Part shown: piece after piece, positions 43,192 through 51,918 of the stretch
Layout of the letters: each line of letters starts with the position of its first letter
Position numbering within the stretch: the first letter of the stretch is position 1
NCBI RefSeq assembly: GCF_003334255.1
Contig: NZ_QOWU01000010.1
Reading direction: 5' to 3' (one strand)
Length of the DNA stretch: 64,000 bases
Source of the DNA: Escherichia coli
GTDB taxonomy: Bacteria; Pseudomonadota; Gammaproteobacteria; Enterobacterales; Enterobacteriaceae
Position numbers and translations under genes: made by a program
Notes under the pieces: model-generated
What the model saw: the letters and a program-made list of their open reading frames with translations, nothing else
What the model was told of the DNA's origin: nothing
Database searches by the model: none

Positions 43192-44403
43192 ATGTGGCTT
43201 TTCAGAAGAAAAAAAGAGCAGCGCAGCATGACGCTTGATGAATTTATGGCGCTGGCTGGCACATCGAACACGGGGGCGGGTGAGTACGTATCATCGGGGA
43301 CAGCGGAATCACTGCCCGCCGTCATGAACGCCGTGACGGTCATCTCTGAGGCGGTGGCTACCATGCCGTGTTACCTGTACCTGGTACGCAATGAGAAGGG
43401 GAAGGAGGCCCGCGAGTGGCTTGATTCTCATCCGGTCGATCACATCCTCAACGAGCGCCCGAACGCGTGGCAGACTCCCTACCAGTTTAAGCGAATGATG
43501 ATCCGCCACTGCCTGTTAAACGGTAATGCTTATGCGGTGATTCAGTGGGGGCGTGATGGTTTTCCGGTGGCTTTACATCCTTACCCGCCGCAGTCGGTGA
43601 ACGTGGAGCAGACAGGCGAACACAACTGGCGCTACTGCATCACTGACGCCTACACCGGAAACACCCGCAACTATTTACCGTGGGAGGTTCTCCACCTTCG
43701 TTACTCCACGGATGACGGTTTTATGGGGCGCTCACCTGTAACCATCTGCCGCGAATCGCTGGGGCTTGGGCTGGCCCAACAACGCCACGGCGCGAGCGTG
43801 ATGCGTGATGGCATGATGGCGGCAGGGGTTATCACGTCAGGCGAATGGCTGGACGGCGTGAAGGGCAAACAGGCATTAGCCGCACTGGAACGCTACAAAG
43901 GGGCCAGAAACGCCGGAAAAACGCCCATCCTTGAAGGGGGTATGAGCTATCAGCAGCTGGGCATGAGTAATCAGGATGCTGAATGGCTGGCCTCCCGTCG
44001 CTTCACCATTGAAGACATCGCCCGAATGTTCAACGTCTCGCCGATTTTTCTGCAGGAATACAGCAACAGCACCTACAGCAATTTCAGCGAGGCAAGCCGC
44101 GCATTTCTCACCATGACAATGCGCCCGTGGCTGGCGAACTTTGAGCAGCAGATAAAAAACGCCCTGCTGGTGGCCTCGCCTGTACCTGGTATCCGGTATC
44201 AGGTGGAGTTTGACAGCGCGGACCTGTTACGGGCCACACCTGGCGAACGCTTTGCCACCTATGAACGCGGCATCAAATCCGGCGTTATGTGCCCGAACGA
44301 AGCCCGCGAACGTGAAGGGCTGTCCCCGCGTGATGGTGGTGATGAGTTCAGCCAGGCATGGAAACAGGAAGTAAAAATCAGCGAGGGAGAAAAACCGGAA
44401 TGA
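43192..44403 (+). CDS. Portal protein, HK97 family (403 aa)
   Basis: Size, position and conserved portal-like core (…LLNGNAYAVIQWGRDG…, …ILEGGMSYQQLGMSNQDAEWL…); immediately follows the protease with 1-nt spacing. Confidence 0.8.
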   Translation: MWLFRRKKEQRSMTLDEFMALAGTSNTGAGEYVSSGTAESLPAVMNAVTVISEAVATMPCYLYLVRNEKGKEAREWLDSHPVDHILNERPNAWQTPYQFKRMMIRHCLLNGNAYAVIQWGRDGFPVALHPYPPQSVNVEQTGEHNWRYCITDAYTGNTRNYLPWEVLHLRYSTDDGFMGRSPVTICRESLGLGLAQQRHGASVMRDGMMAAGVITSGEWLDGVKGKQALAALERYKGARNAGKTPILEGGMSYQQLGMSNQDAEWLASRRFTIEDIARMFNVSPIFLQEYSNSTYSNFSEASRAFLTMTMRPWLANFEQQIKNALLVASPVPGIRYQVEFDSADLLRATPGERFATYERGIKSGVMCPNEAREREGLSPRDGGDEFSQAWKQEVKISEGEKPE

Positions 44404-44738
44404 ACATAGGGCGACTGCGTGACAGGGTAACGATTCAGACCCTGAAACAGACCAGGGATATAACCGGCGAAATACTCGAAACGTGGGAGGACGGTCACAC
44501 ACTCTGGGCAAGCGTGAACATGATCAGCAGCAAGGAGGCCATTTCATCGGGTGCAGAGCTGGCGATTGGTACCGTAAGGATCTGGATACGGTACCGGAAG
44601 GACATCAATGCCACCAGCCGGATAAAGGTCAGTACGGGGCCGCTGGCGGGGCGTGTACTGAATATCATCGGGCAGCCGCTGCCGGATGCCGCCAGGACAC
44701 GCCTTGAAATTCTTTGTCGTGAGGGCGCGGAAAAATGA
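44400..44738 (+). CDS. Head closure / head-tail adaptor protein (112 aa)
   Basis: MNIGRLRDRVTIQTLKQTRD... resembles the head-tail joining family; ATGA overlap with portal stop; GAGGGAGA RBS. Confidence 0.7.
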   Translation: MNIGRLRDRVTIQTLKQTRDITGEILETWEDGHTLWASVNMISSKEAISSGAELAIGTVRIWIRYRKDINATSRIKVSTGPLAGRVLNIIGQPLPDAARTRLEILCREGAEK

Positions 44739-45031
44739 CAGAAGAACTTATCACCCTGGAAGAAGTGAAACTCCATTGCCGCATCGATGGCGACGAGGAA
44801 GACCAGTTAATCAGCGGATACATCGCCGCATCGCTTGAGGCGTGCCAGATACACATAGGCAGGCGCTTTGATGACGGGCTGGAGTTCACGCCAGCCATAA
44901 AGATTGGCTGCATGATGTTTATCGCTCACCTGTATGAAAATCGCCAGATTGTCGCGGATAACGCAAAAACACGCGTACCCATGACGATTGGTGCACTCTG
45001 GACGGCTTACCGTGATGTGGGGGTGTACTGA
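44735..45031 (+). CDS. gp6-like head-tail connector protein (98 aa)
   Basis: MTEELITLEEVKLHCRIDGDEEDQLISGYIAASLEACQIHIG... resembles the gp6-like connector family N-terminus. Confidence 0.7.
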   Translation: MTEELITLEEVKLHCRIDGDEEDQLISGYIAASLEACQIHIGRRFDDGLEFTPAIKIGCMMFIAHLYENRQIVADNAKTRVPMTIGALWTAYRDVGVY

Positions 45032-45471
45032 TGCCGTGGCAACCATTAAGACGATGCACAGAACCAGGCTGTAACAGGCGCGTGAAGTCCGGCAAGTGTG
45101 AGGAGCACAGGCGGGCGGCATGGCGTGCAGAGGATGCCAGACGAGGACACCGCCGCGCGCGTGGGTACTCCAGACAGTGGGACAAATACCGCGCCATGTA
45201 TCTGAGTAAAAACCCGTTATGCGTGCGATGCCTTGAGAAGGGGATATATACGCCCGCCGTGGTGGTGGATCACATTATCCCGATTAATGGCGGTGATGAT
45301 GTTCTCTTCTGGCCCGAATGGAACCATCAGCCATTGTGCCAGGCGTGCCATAACCAGAAAACGAAATGGCTTGATCCGGCAACAAAAAGCAAGCGTGCCG
45401 CAGGTGGATTTCGTGAAGAGGAAGAACGGGCCGCTAACCGCAATAACTGGATGTATGACGCTGATGAATGA
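45031..45471 (+). CDS. HNH endonuclease (packaging-associated), 146 aa
   Basis: Cys pairs plus VVDHIIPINGGDD...NHQPLCQACHNQK (HNH motif); located immediately upstream of TerS as in HK97-like cos packaging modules. Confidence 0.85.
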   Translation: MPWQPLRRCTEPGCNRRVKSGKCEEHRRAAWRAEDARRGHRRARGYSRQWDKYRAMYLSKNPLCVRCLEKGIYTPAVVVDHIIPINGGDDVLFWPEWNHQPLCQACHNQKTKWLDPATKSKRAAGGFREEEERAANRNNWMYDADE

Positions 45472-45759
45472 GCGGGAACAAAACCGCCTTATCCGTGGAC
45501 TTATAAGGCAGCGTGACGCATGGAAGACACAGGAAACAGGGCATAAAGATAAAGCGTCAGGACGCGCAGAACGCATCACAGCGAAGCGATTAACCGACCG
45601 TGACCGCGAGGTTATGGAATGTTTCCGCAATCGCTGATGAGGCTGTATGACGGGGTGGGGGGCGTTTTCAGGACAAACCCGACCCCGCCGGGCACCGACC
45701 GCCTCCTCAAATTTTTATGCACGGGAATTTTTTGAAAAATAATCTGACGAAAAATAAGC

Positions 45760-46116
45760 ATGGCAAGACCACCGAAAGCCCCCGCCTACCTGGATGACAT
45801 CGCCGTGAAGCAGTGGCGGGAAAAATCGCGGCAGCTTGCGGAACGGGGAGACCTGACCCCCGCCGACTGGAGCAATCTGGAACTGTATTGTGTCAACTAC
45901 TCCATTTACCGGAAAGCCGTCGCAGACCTTGCGGCGCGCGGGTTCAGCATTGTTAACAGTCAGGGCGGCGAGAGCAGAAACCCCGCATTAAGCGCGAAAT
46001 CAGACGCTGAAAGGGTGATGATAAAAATGGCCTCCTTGCTCGGTTTTGACCCGATAAGCCGCCGTAAAAACCCACCGGAAACAGAAGAAGAGGACGAGCT
46101 TGACCGCCTGGAATAA
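45760..46116 (+). CDS. Terminase small subunit, P27 family (118 aa)
   Basis: Resembles P27-type TerS (AVKQWREKSRQLAERGDLTPADWSNLELYCVNYSIYRKA); overlaps TerL start. Confidence 0.8.
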   Translation: MARPPKAPAYLDDIAVKQWREKSRQLAERGDLTPADWSNLELYCVNYSIYRKAVADLAARGFSIVNSQGGESRNPALSAKSDAERVMIKMASLLGFDPISRRKNPPETEEEDELDRLE

Positions 46117-47761
46117 GTACGCAGAAGACGTAAAAACGGGCAAAATTCAGGCCTGTAAACGGTTAAAACAGGCCGTTAAACGGTACTTTTCGGACCTTAA
46201 AAGCCCCCTTTACACGTTCGATCGTGAGGTTGTGGATCGGTTTATTGCCTTTTCCAGGGTGTGCCCGCACGTAAAAGGGCCGATGCGTGGCAGACCCATT
46301 GAGCTGGAGCCGTGGCAGCAGTTCGCCTTTGCGTGCATCCTCGGCTTTAAGGTTAAGGCCACCGGACGGCGCAAATATACGAGCGCCTTTATCGAAGTGC
46401 CGCGCAAAAATGCTAAATCAACGACCGCCGCGATTCTGGCTAACTGGTTTCTGATTATGGAGAACGGTCAGCAGGATATTTACACCGCAGCGGTGAGCCG
46501 TGACCAGGCGAGGATCGTATTTGATGATGCGCGTCAGATGTGCATTTTATCCCGACCGTTACGCAGGCGGGTGAATATTCAGGCGCATAAGGTGATACAC
46601 CCGAAAACCAACAGCCTGTTAAAGCCGCTGGCAGCAAAAGCGGCAACTATCGAGGGCACAAACCCCAGTCTTTCTATCGTGGACGAATACCACCTACACC
46701 CCGACAACGGCGTATATTCTGCGCTTGAACTGGGGATGGGGGCACGTCCCGAAGGGCTGTTATTTGCCATTACCACATCGGGAAGTAACGTCGTTTCAGC
46801 CTGTAAGCAGCATTATGATTATTGCTGCCAGATCCTGGACGGCGAAGAGGTTAACGAATCGCTTTTTGTGCTGATTTACGAACTGGACGACGAAAACGAG
46901 GTTGATGATCCGGAGATGTGGATAAAGGCGAACCCTAATATCGATGTTTCCGTGGATCGTGAAAAACTGGCCTCAACCATTCAGAAAGCGCGGGGTATTC
47001 CGTCGCAATGGGTGGAGATGATGACAAAGCGATTTAATATCTGGTGTCAGGGGACTACCCCGTGGATGGGTAATGGTGCATGGGCTGAGTGTGCCGGAAC
47101 GTTCACGGAGGAAGATTTACACGGTCAGGAGTGTTACGCGGGGCTGGACTTATCATCAACCAGCGATATTTCCAGCGTGTGCTATGCCTTTCCGGTCGGT
47201 AAAACCATTATGATGATTTCCCGTCATTATCTGCCGGAGTTCCAGCTACAGAACCCCGCCAATAAAAACCGCGCTGTCTATCGTCAGTGGGCTAAAGCAG
47301 GCTGGATACGCACAACGCCTGGCGACTGCATTGATTACGACCGGATCAGAGATGACATCATGCAGGACGCGGAGAAATTTAATATCAGGCTGGTGGGCTT
47401 TGATACGTGGAACGCCACGCATCTCAGAACGCAATTACAGGGGGCAGGTTTTGAGGTGGAGCCGTTCCCGCAAACCTACCTCAGATTCAGTCCGGCGGCG
47501 AAATCGTTCGAAGTTTTTGTTAACCGCAGGGTGATTGTGCATCGTGGCGATCCGGTGTTGTCCTGGTCGATGAGTAACGTCGTGATGCAGAGTGACGCGA
47601 ACGCCAATATCAAGCCGAACAAGAAAAAATCACCGAACAAGATAGACCCGAGCGTGGCGGCGCTGATGGCGTTTGGTACATTCCAGGCAGAGCATGAGGA
47701 TTTTGCTTTTGATATAAGCGACAGCCACCGCCAGAAACTGGAAGAATTTAGCGGGGTGTAA
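46100..47761 (+). CDS. Terminase large subunit (553 aa; apparent TTG start)
   Basis: ATPase and nuclease domains in typical TerL arrangement; no in-frame ATG/GTG near the 5' end, TTG at 46100 preceded by GAGGA. Confidence 0.85.
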   Translation: MTAWNKYAEDVKTGKIQACKRLKQAVKRYFSDLKSPLYTFDREVVDRFIAFSRVCPHVKGPMRGRPIELEPWQQFAFACILGFKVKATGRRKYTSAFIEVPRKNAKSTTAAILANWFLIMENGQQDIYTAAVSRDQARIVFDDARQMCILSRPLRRRVNIQAHKVIHPKTNSLLKPLAAKAATIEGTNPSLSIVDEYHLHPDNGVYSALELGMGARPEGLLFAITTSGSNVVSACKQHYDYCCQILDGEEVNESLFVLIYELDDENEVDDPEMWIKANPNIDVSVDREKLASTIQKARGIPSQWVEMMTKRFNIWCQGTTPWMGNGAWAECAGTFTEEDLHGQECYAGLDLSSTSDISSVCYAFPVGKTIMMISRHYLPEFQLQNPANKNRAVYRQWAKAGWIRTTPGDCIDYDRIRDDIMQDAEKFNIRLVGFDTWNATHLRTQLQGAGFEVEPFPQTYLRFSPAAKSFEVFVNRRVIVHRGDPVLSWSMSNVVMQSDANANIKPNKKKSPNKIDPSVAALMAFGTFQAEHEDFAFDISDSHRQKLEEFSGV

Positions 47762-47774
47762 TGAGGTCAGCAGC

Positions 47775-48056
47775 ATGACAGAAGCCGAAATAACGGGATT
47801 AATCCGCCGCGTTGCCGGAATCAGCCAGCAGGCTGACGAACAGGCCACGCAGCCGGACAGCGTGACAGCCGAAAACTATGCGCGTGTTGTTGCTGAGGTG
47901 ATGCGCCGTGATGGTATAGAACTTAATGGCGTGGATATGCGCAACATACGAACCAGAGTTCTTGAGTTGCTGGCCTACCGTCGCCGCGTGGAGATGTATC
48001 GGGAGAAGGAGAAAATAACGTACCACTGGAAGAAGCCGGAGCGGTTGCGGCGGTAA
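47775..48056 (+). CDS. Hypothetical protein (93 aa), last gene of island
   Basis: ATG 47775 with GAGG RBS 8 nt upstream; no recognisable motif. Confidence 0.5.
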   Translation: MTEAEITGLIRRVAGISQQADEQATQPDSVTAENYARVVAEVMRRDGIELNGVDMRNIRTRVLELLAYRRRVEMYREKEKITYHWKKPERLRR

Positions 48057-48349
48057 CTGGTTGATATTCCCGACGGACCAAAAATGGGTGGCTACATCCC
48101 TCGCTTCTGAGGACTGTTAACAAGCTGCCTGAAAGACAGTCACAAACTACGAAATTTTCGCAGTTTAATTAATGATCAGCTTAATCGCTAACCCGCTGAT
48201 ATTTTCGGAAACCTCAATTTGAGGAAGTCGGCGCGGTAACTCGCTGAACTTTAAGCAAAGTGCAAAATTGCGCTTGCTGAATAATCATTATGATTACGCA
48301 GATGATTAAGGAATGACCGAAGGCGGAAATTCGCCTGTGGTTAATGGGG

Positions 48350-48462
48350 GAGTTGCAGATCTGCAACTCGACCATGAAACTACGGAAACTACCCGTAGTT
48401 TGGGTAGTAAGAGTAACACCCAGATTTTGGGTCTTACTCGTGATACCCAAATTTGGGGTATC
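48350..48462. repeat. Cluster of perfect and near-perfect palindromes in the island right arm
   Basis: Perfect 20-bp palindrome GAGTTGCAGATCTGCAACTC (48350-48369); AAACTACGG/CCGTAGTTT stem (48376-48400); nested AGTAAGA...ACCCA...TGGGT...TCTTACT (48406-48439); GATACCCAAATTTGGGGTATC (48442-48462). Confidence 0.6.
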
Positions 48463-48724
48463 AGTGGCAACCATAACGACTTTCGTTACGGTTGATGCTT
48501 TTACCCCATTGGGGGAAAGGTATTACGATAATCATAACACCTACCGAACAGGTAAAGCCCACCAGCCTGATTAACGTTTAACCGGAAAAAAATTCCGGTA
48601 GGTGGGGATCCCCATATCGACATTAACGCCCCTCATGAATTGGTGCGCTTCCCCCTGGAAAGATGATCCGCCTGTATATTTCTTGTGTCTATTTGTTCCA
48701 CGTTGTTTCATACAGTGCACCGAA

Positions 48725-48747
48725 CGGTGTAGTCACTGGTGTAGTCA
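48725..48747 (+). repeat. Tandem 10-bp repeat GGTGTAGTCA x2 (second copy of candidate arm-type site)
   Basis: CGGTGTAGTCACTGGTGTAGTCA, same orientation as 34092-34115; preceded by TTGTTCCACGTTGTT, which recurs at 41190. Confidence 0.5.
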
Positions 48748-48821
48748 TTTTGCGATTTTTGGCACTTTTTGCGGTGAAAATTATTTAATTAAATCAACGT
48801 GTTATGTGAAATAAGTTATAT

Positions 48822-48830
48822 ATAACAGCA
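48822..48830. repeat. Right att core copy (ATAACAGCA) at island/tqsA junction (attR)
   Basis: Identical to 33956-33964; followed by contiguous tqsA 5' coding sequence. Confidence 0.7.
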
Positions 48831-48958
48831 ATAAATAATGCGAGAATAAACGGCACGATGATCTCGGCGGCAAAACGGATACCGCAGAGAATAATGACCA
48901 GCATTCCCAACATAATGACGATTTTTAGGCCATTGAGCGTGATGATCGGCTTTGCCAT
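48824..48958 (-). pseudogene. tqsA: tqsA (ydgG) 5' fragment: first 45 codons with native start and RBS, separated from the rest by the island
   Basis: Minus-strand ATG at 48958 encodes [45 protein letters not shown], which joins in frame to the fragment at 33058-33963 (shared AV codons) when the island is deleted. Confidence 0.88.
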
Positions 48959-49369
48959 GCTTGTCCCCGTTTTTTCTTCCTTTGCTAATAATAATGTCTT
49001 TTTCGCTCCGTCATCATAACGAAAATCAAACCGCTCAGGTAAAGAAGTGAAAATATTTTGAGTTAATTCTTAAGCTATGATACAAATCAGGCGTGTTCAA
49101 CTACCGAGGACAATTATCATCCGCGATGACGAGAAGCAACACTGCGGATAATTGTAATATTATGGACAATTTGTTCAGGACGTTATTTTCTACATTTACC
49201 CATCTTCGTACCTCATCCACTATCTTGCTCGTAGGTGAGCAGCACTGGCGCAACGCGCTTTAGTCCTTTCTTCTGCCAAAGCTTGCGCTATGCGCGGGGC
49301 TTGACCACTTTACTTTGGTTTCGCTGAATTAAGCGAAAATTAAAATAATTCTCTTGCAGGAGAAGGACA

Positions 49370-49735
49370 ATGTATATTTATTGGATTTTATTAGGTCTGG
49401 CTATTGCTACAGAAATTACCGGTACGCTGTCAATGAAATGGGCGAGCGTCAGTGAGGGAAATGGCGGCTTTATTTTAATGCTGGTGATGATTTCTCTGTC
49501 GTATATATTTCTCTCTTTCGCCGTTAAAAAAATCGCCTTAGGCGTAGCTTATGCGCTGTGGGAAGGTATCGGTATTTTATTTATTACCTTGTTTAGCGTT
49601 TTGTTATTCGACGAAAGTTTATCGCTGATGAAAATTGCCGGGTTAACCACCCTGGTCGCCGGGATTGTGTTGATAAAATCAGGTACCCGTAAAGCGCGTA
49701 AACCTGAACTGGAGGTGAACCATGGCGCAGTTTGA
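49370..49735 (+). CDS. mdtJ: MdtJ, SMR-family spermidine exporter subunit (121 aa)
   Basis: 121-aa 4-[32 protein letters not shown]..., SMR family; AGGAGAAGGA RBS. Confidence 0.93.
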
Positions 49736-50051
49736 ATGGGTTCACGCCGCCTGGCTGGCATTGGCAATCGTGCTGGAAATCGTTGCTAACGTCTTTTTGA
49801 AATTTTCTGACGGCTTTCGTCGCAAAATATTTGGCTTGCTCTCCCTGGCGGCGGTGCTGGCTGCCTTTAGTGCGCTTTCTCAAGCCGTTAAAGGGATCGA
49901 CTTGTCTGTCGCTTATGCATTGTGGGGCGGGTTTGGTATTGCCGCCACGTTAGCCGCAGGTTGGATCTTGTTTGGTCAACGGTTAAATCGTAAAGGCTGG
50001 ATTGGCCTGGTCTTGCTGTTGGCTGGAATGATCATGGTGAAACTTGCCTGA
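49722..50051 (+). CDS. mdtI: MdtI, SMR-family spermidine exporter subunit (109 aa)
   Basis: 109-aa 4-[36 protein letters not shown]..., overlaps mdtJ end. Confidence 0.93.
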
Positions 50052-50057
50052 TGAAGA

Positions 50058-50084
50058 CGCTGCCCGCGCTGTCGGGCAGCGTTT
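50058..50084. terminator. Hairpin between convergent mdtI and ydgD
   Basis: CTGCCCG-CGCTGT-CGGGCAG stem-loop immediately after mdtI stop. Confidence 0.5.
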
Positions 50085-50089
50085 GAACA

Positions 50090-50911
50090 TTATTTTTGCG
50101 ACAGTTGATCCAGCTTGTCGCGAAAACCGGTAACAGAAATGGCCCGGTTATCGGCGCGCCAGCGATCTTTCGCGGCAGGAGCCGAACTTTGCACCCCAAT
50201 TAATTGCCAGCCGTCATCGGTATGCAACATCAGAGGCGAACCGCTGTCACCCGGCAAGGTATCGCACTGATGTGACATCACCGACGTTTGCGCCCAGCCA
50301 GTCACTTCACAGTTTTGATGACTGTACAACGTATCGAGATGATCTTCAGGGTAGCCTGCCTGAGTCACTTTACGACCTGCCGCTTTTAATGCGGCGGTAA
50401 GCGCGGCTTTATCTCCCTCAAATAACGGCAACGGCGTAATGCCAGAAGGGGGATTACGTAGCACAATCAATCCGAAGTCCCACGGCGCGGCTGCGGGAGG
50501 TACAATCCAACCATCCCCATCTGCTTTTAACCGCTTTCCCAGTGTCGGATCAACGCGGCCTTCTATGTCGTGGATCTCATAGCGCCAAAGACCTTTATTT
50601 GACACAAAACGCAGCGCCACTGCTTTATCGGCTTTACCCTTTGGAGGTGTCAATAAACAGTGTCCTGCCGTTAATGCCAGATTGGGTGCAATCAGCGTCG
50701 CCGTACATAAATTGCCGCTGGCCGTTTCCAGTTGCCCAACCGCATCCCACGGTGATTGGGTCGTGTCATTCACTGGCACACGATCATCATGACCAAAAAA
50801 CAGGGTGCTGACCTCATCGTTTGCCGATCTGGCAACGTCTGGTTTATCTGCAAACACAAAAGCAGACGTCAAACTAATTGCACCCAACACTACAGCAATG
50901 GTTGTACGCAT
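50090..50911 (-). CDS. ydgD: YdgD, trypsin-like secreted serine peptidase (273 aa)
   Basis: Signal peptide plus His (TAGHC), Asp and Ser (GDSGSPL) catalytic triad motifs of S1 peptidases. Confidence 0.9.
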
Positions 50912-51186
50912 ATCACACTCTGGTGGGTAATTATGATTATTAAAAGCAAACCCTCATAAATACTATAGACGGGACGGGATGAAAGTGGGAGTAAAATCAG
51001 ATAACTACAATCAGGAAAGATAAAAACGGGCGGCAATCAGTGCGCATAAAATAAGGATGATCAGAATGAACTCAAAGCGATAACGGCCCACCATACTACC
51101 CTCCGCTAAAGGCGGTGCTAAACGTTACCCGCTTAGCACCGTAATTTTCAGGCGCGAGGGGGCGCGCCAGCATTACTGTTGAAAAC

Positions 51187-51495
51187 TTACGCTGCGGGTT
51201 GTGCAGCAGGTTTTGCCGGTTGCTGATGGCTGTGTTTCTTGGCGTGTTTCTTCGCTGCCTGCGCTTTTTGTTCAGGGGCTTTCTGTTCAGCTTTCGTATT
51301 TTTATGATGCTTTTTAGCCGCCTGCGCTTTCTGGGCAGGTGCTGCTTTATGCTGTTTTTTATGATGTGTAGTTTTCGCCGGCGCTGCTTTGGTGGTCGTC
51401 GCAGTCGGAGCAGGTGTGGTCGTAGTCTCTGCAGCAAAGGCGGCAGAAGACAGACCCATAGCAGCGGCAACAACCAGAGCTAATACTTTTTTCAT
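51187..51495 (-). CDS. asr: Asr, acid shock protein (102 aa)
   Basis: Start at Met 10 of ORF ([21 protein letters not shown]...) with GAGGG RBS; Lys/Ala/His/Gln-rich low-complexity repeats typical of Asr. Confidence 0.88.
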   Translation of the reverse strand: MKKVLALVVAAAMGLSSAAFAAETTTTPAPTATTTKAAPAKTTHHKKQHKAAPAQKAQAAKKHHKNTKAEQKAPEQKAQAAKKHAKKHSHQQPAKPAAQPAA

Positions 51496-51918
51496 TGTCA
51501 TACCCTCAATTTGTTTTTTCATTTAACCCCACTGCGGGGCCGTTGAAATAACTATATCCCTGGGAATGGCAGACTTCCGTGAGTGGTTGGTTTCAGCGTG
51601 TAACGATATGTACAAACGCTGAATAAATTACAGCGTTGATAATAACGTATTGTGACTTAAGGAAAATTTAGCTACCAATAATAGTAGTCTTGATCGGGTT
51701 AACTATTTTACTACTTACAAAGCAGTAGAATAACTGCGCATCAGTAATAAATGACACACAGCAAAATGAATCCGTTTATTTGGGTACTTATAATCCTGAT
51801 GACGCTAGACGCGCTGCGGGAATTGGCTGGCGCTTCGTCTATTTTAGGATGGCTATTAACGTTGGTTTGAGCTGGCAATAAGTCCGGACGGGTATTTACC
51901 GCAGTCCGGACTTATTTT

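Larger units (their letters stand above)
33956..48830. mobile_element. Integrated ~14.9 kb phage-satellite-like island (capsid-forming PICI-like) in tqsA; int/alpA/primase plus complete head and packaging module, no tail or lysis genes
   Basis: Bounded by a 9-bp direct repeat that restores a continuous tqsA reading frame when the intervening DNA is removed; gene content listed in individual features. Confidence 0.85.

Noticed and set aside
45217-45637. Overlapping ORFs (137 aa minus, 134 aa plus) across the HNH gene and the HNH-TerS gap
   Set aside because: Out-of-frame or antisense to the HNH gene with Arg-rich translations; the gap is better explained as a non-coding packaging or promoter region.
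48313-48495. 60-aa ORF in the island right arm
   Set aside because: Lies entirely within the palindrome cluster, with the RBS abutting the start codon and Gly/Thr-rich composition; more likely non-coding structured DNA or RNA.
51096-51483. Alternative-frame ORFs (125 aa minus, 94 aa plus) overlapping asr
   Set aside because: Arise from the repetitive Lys/Ala/Gln-rich coding of asr; Arg/Cys/Phe-rich low-complexity translations without start signals.
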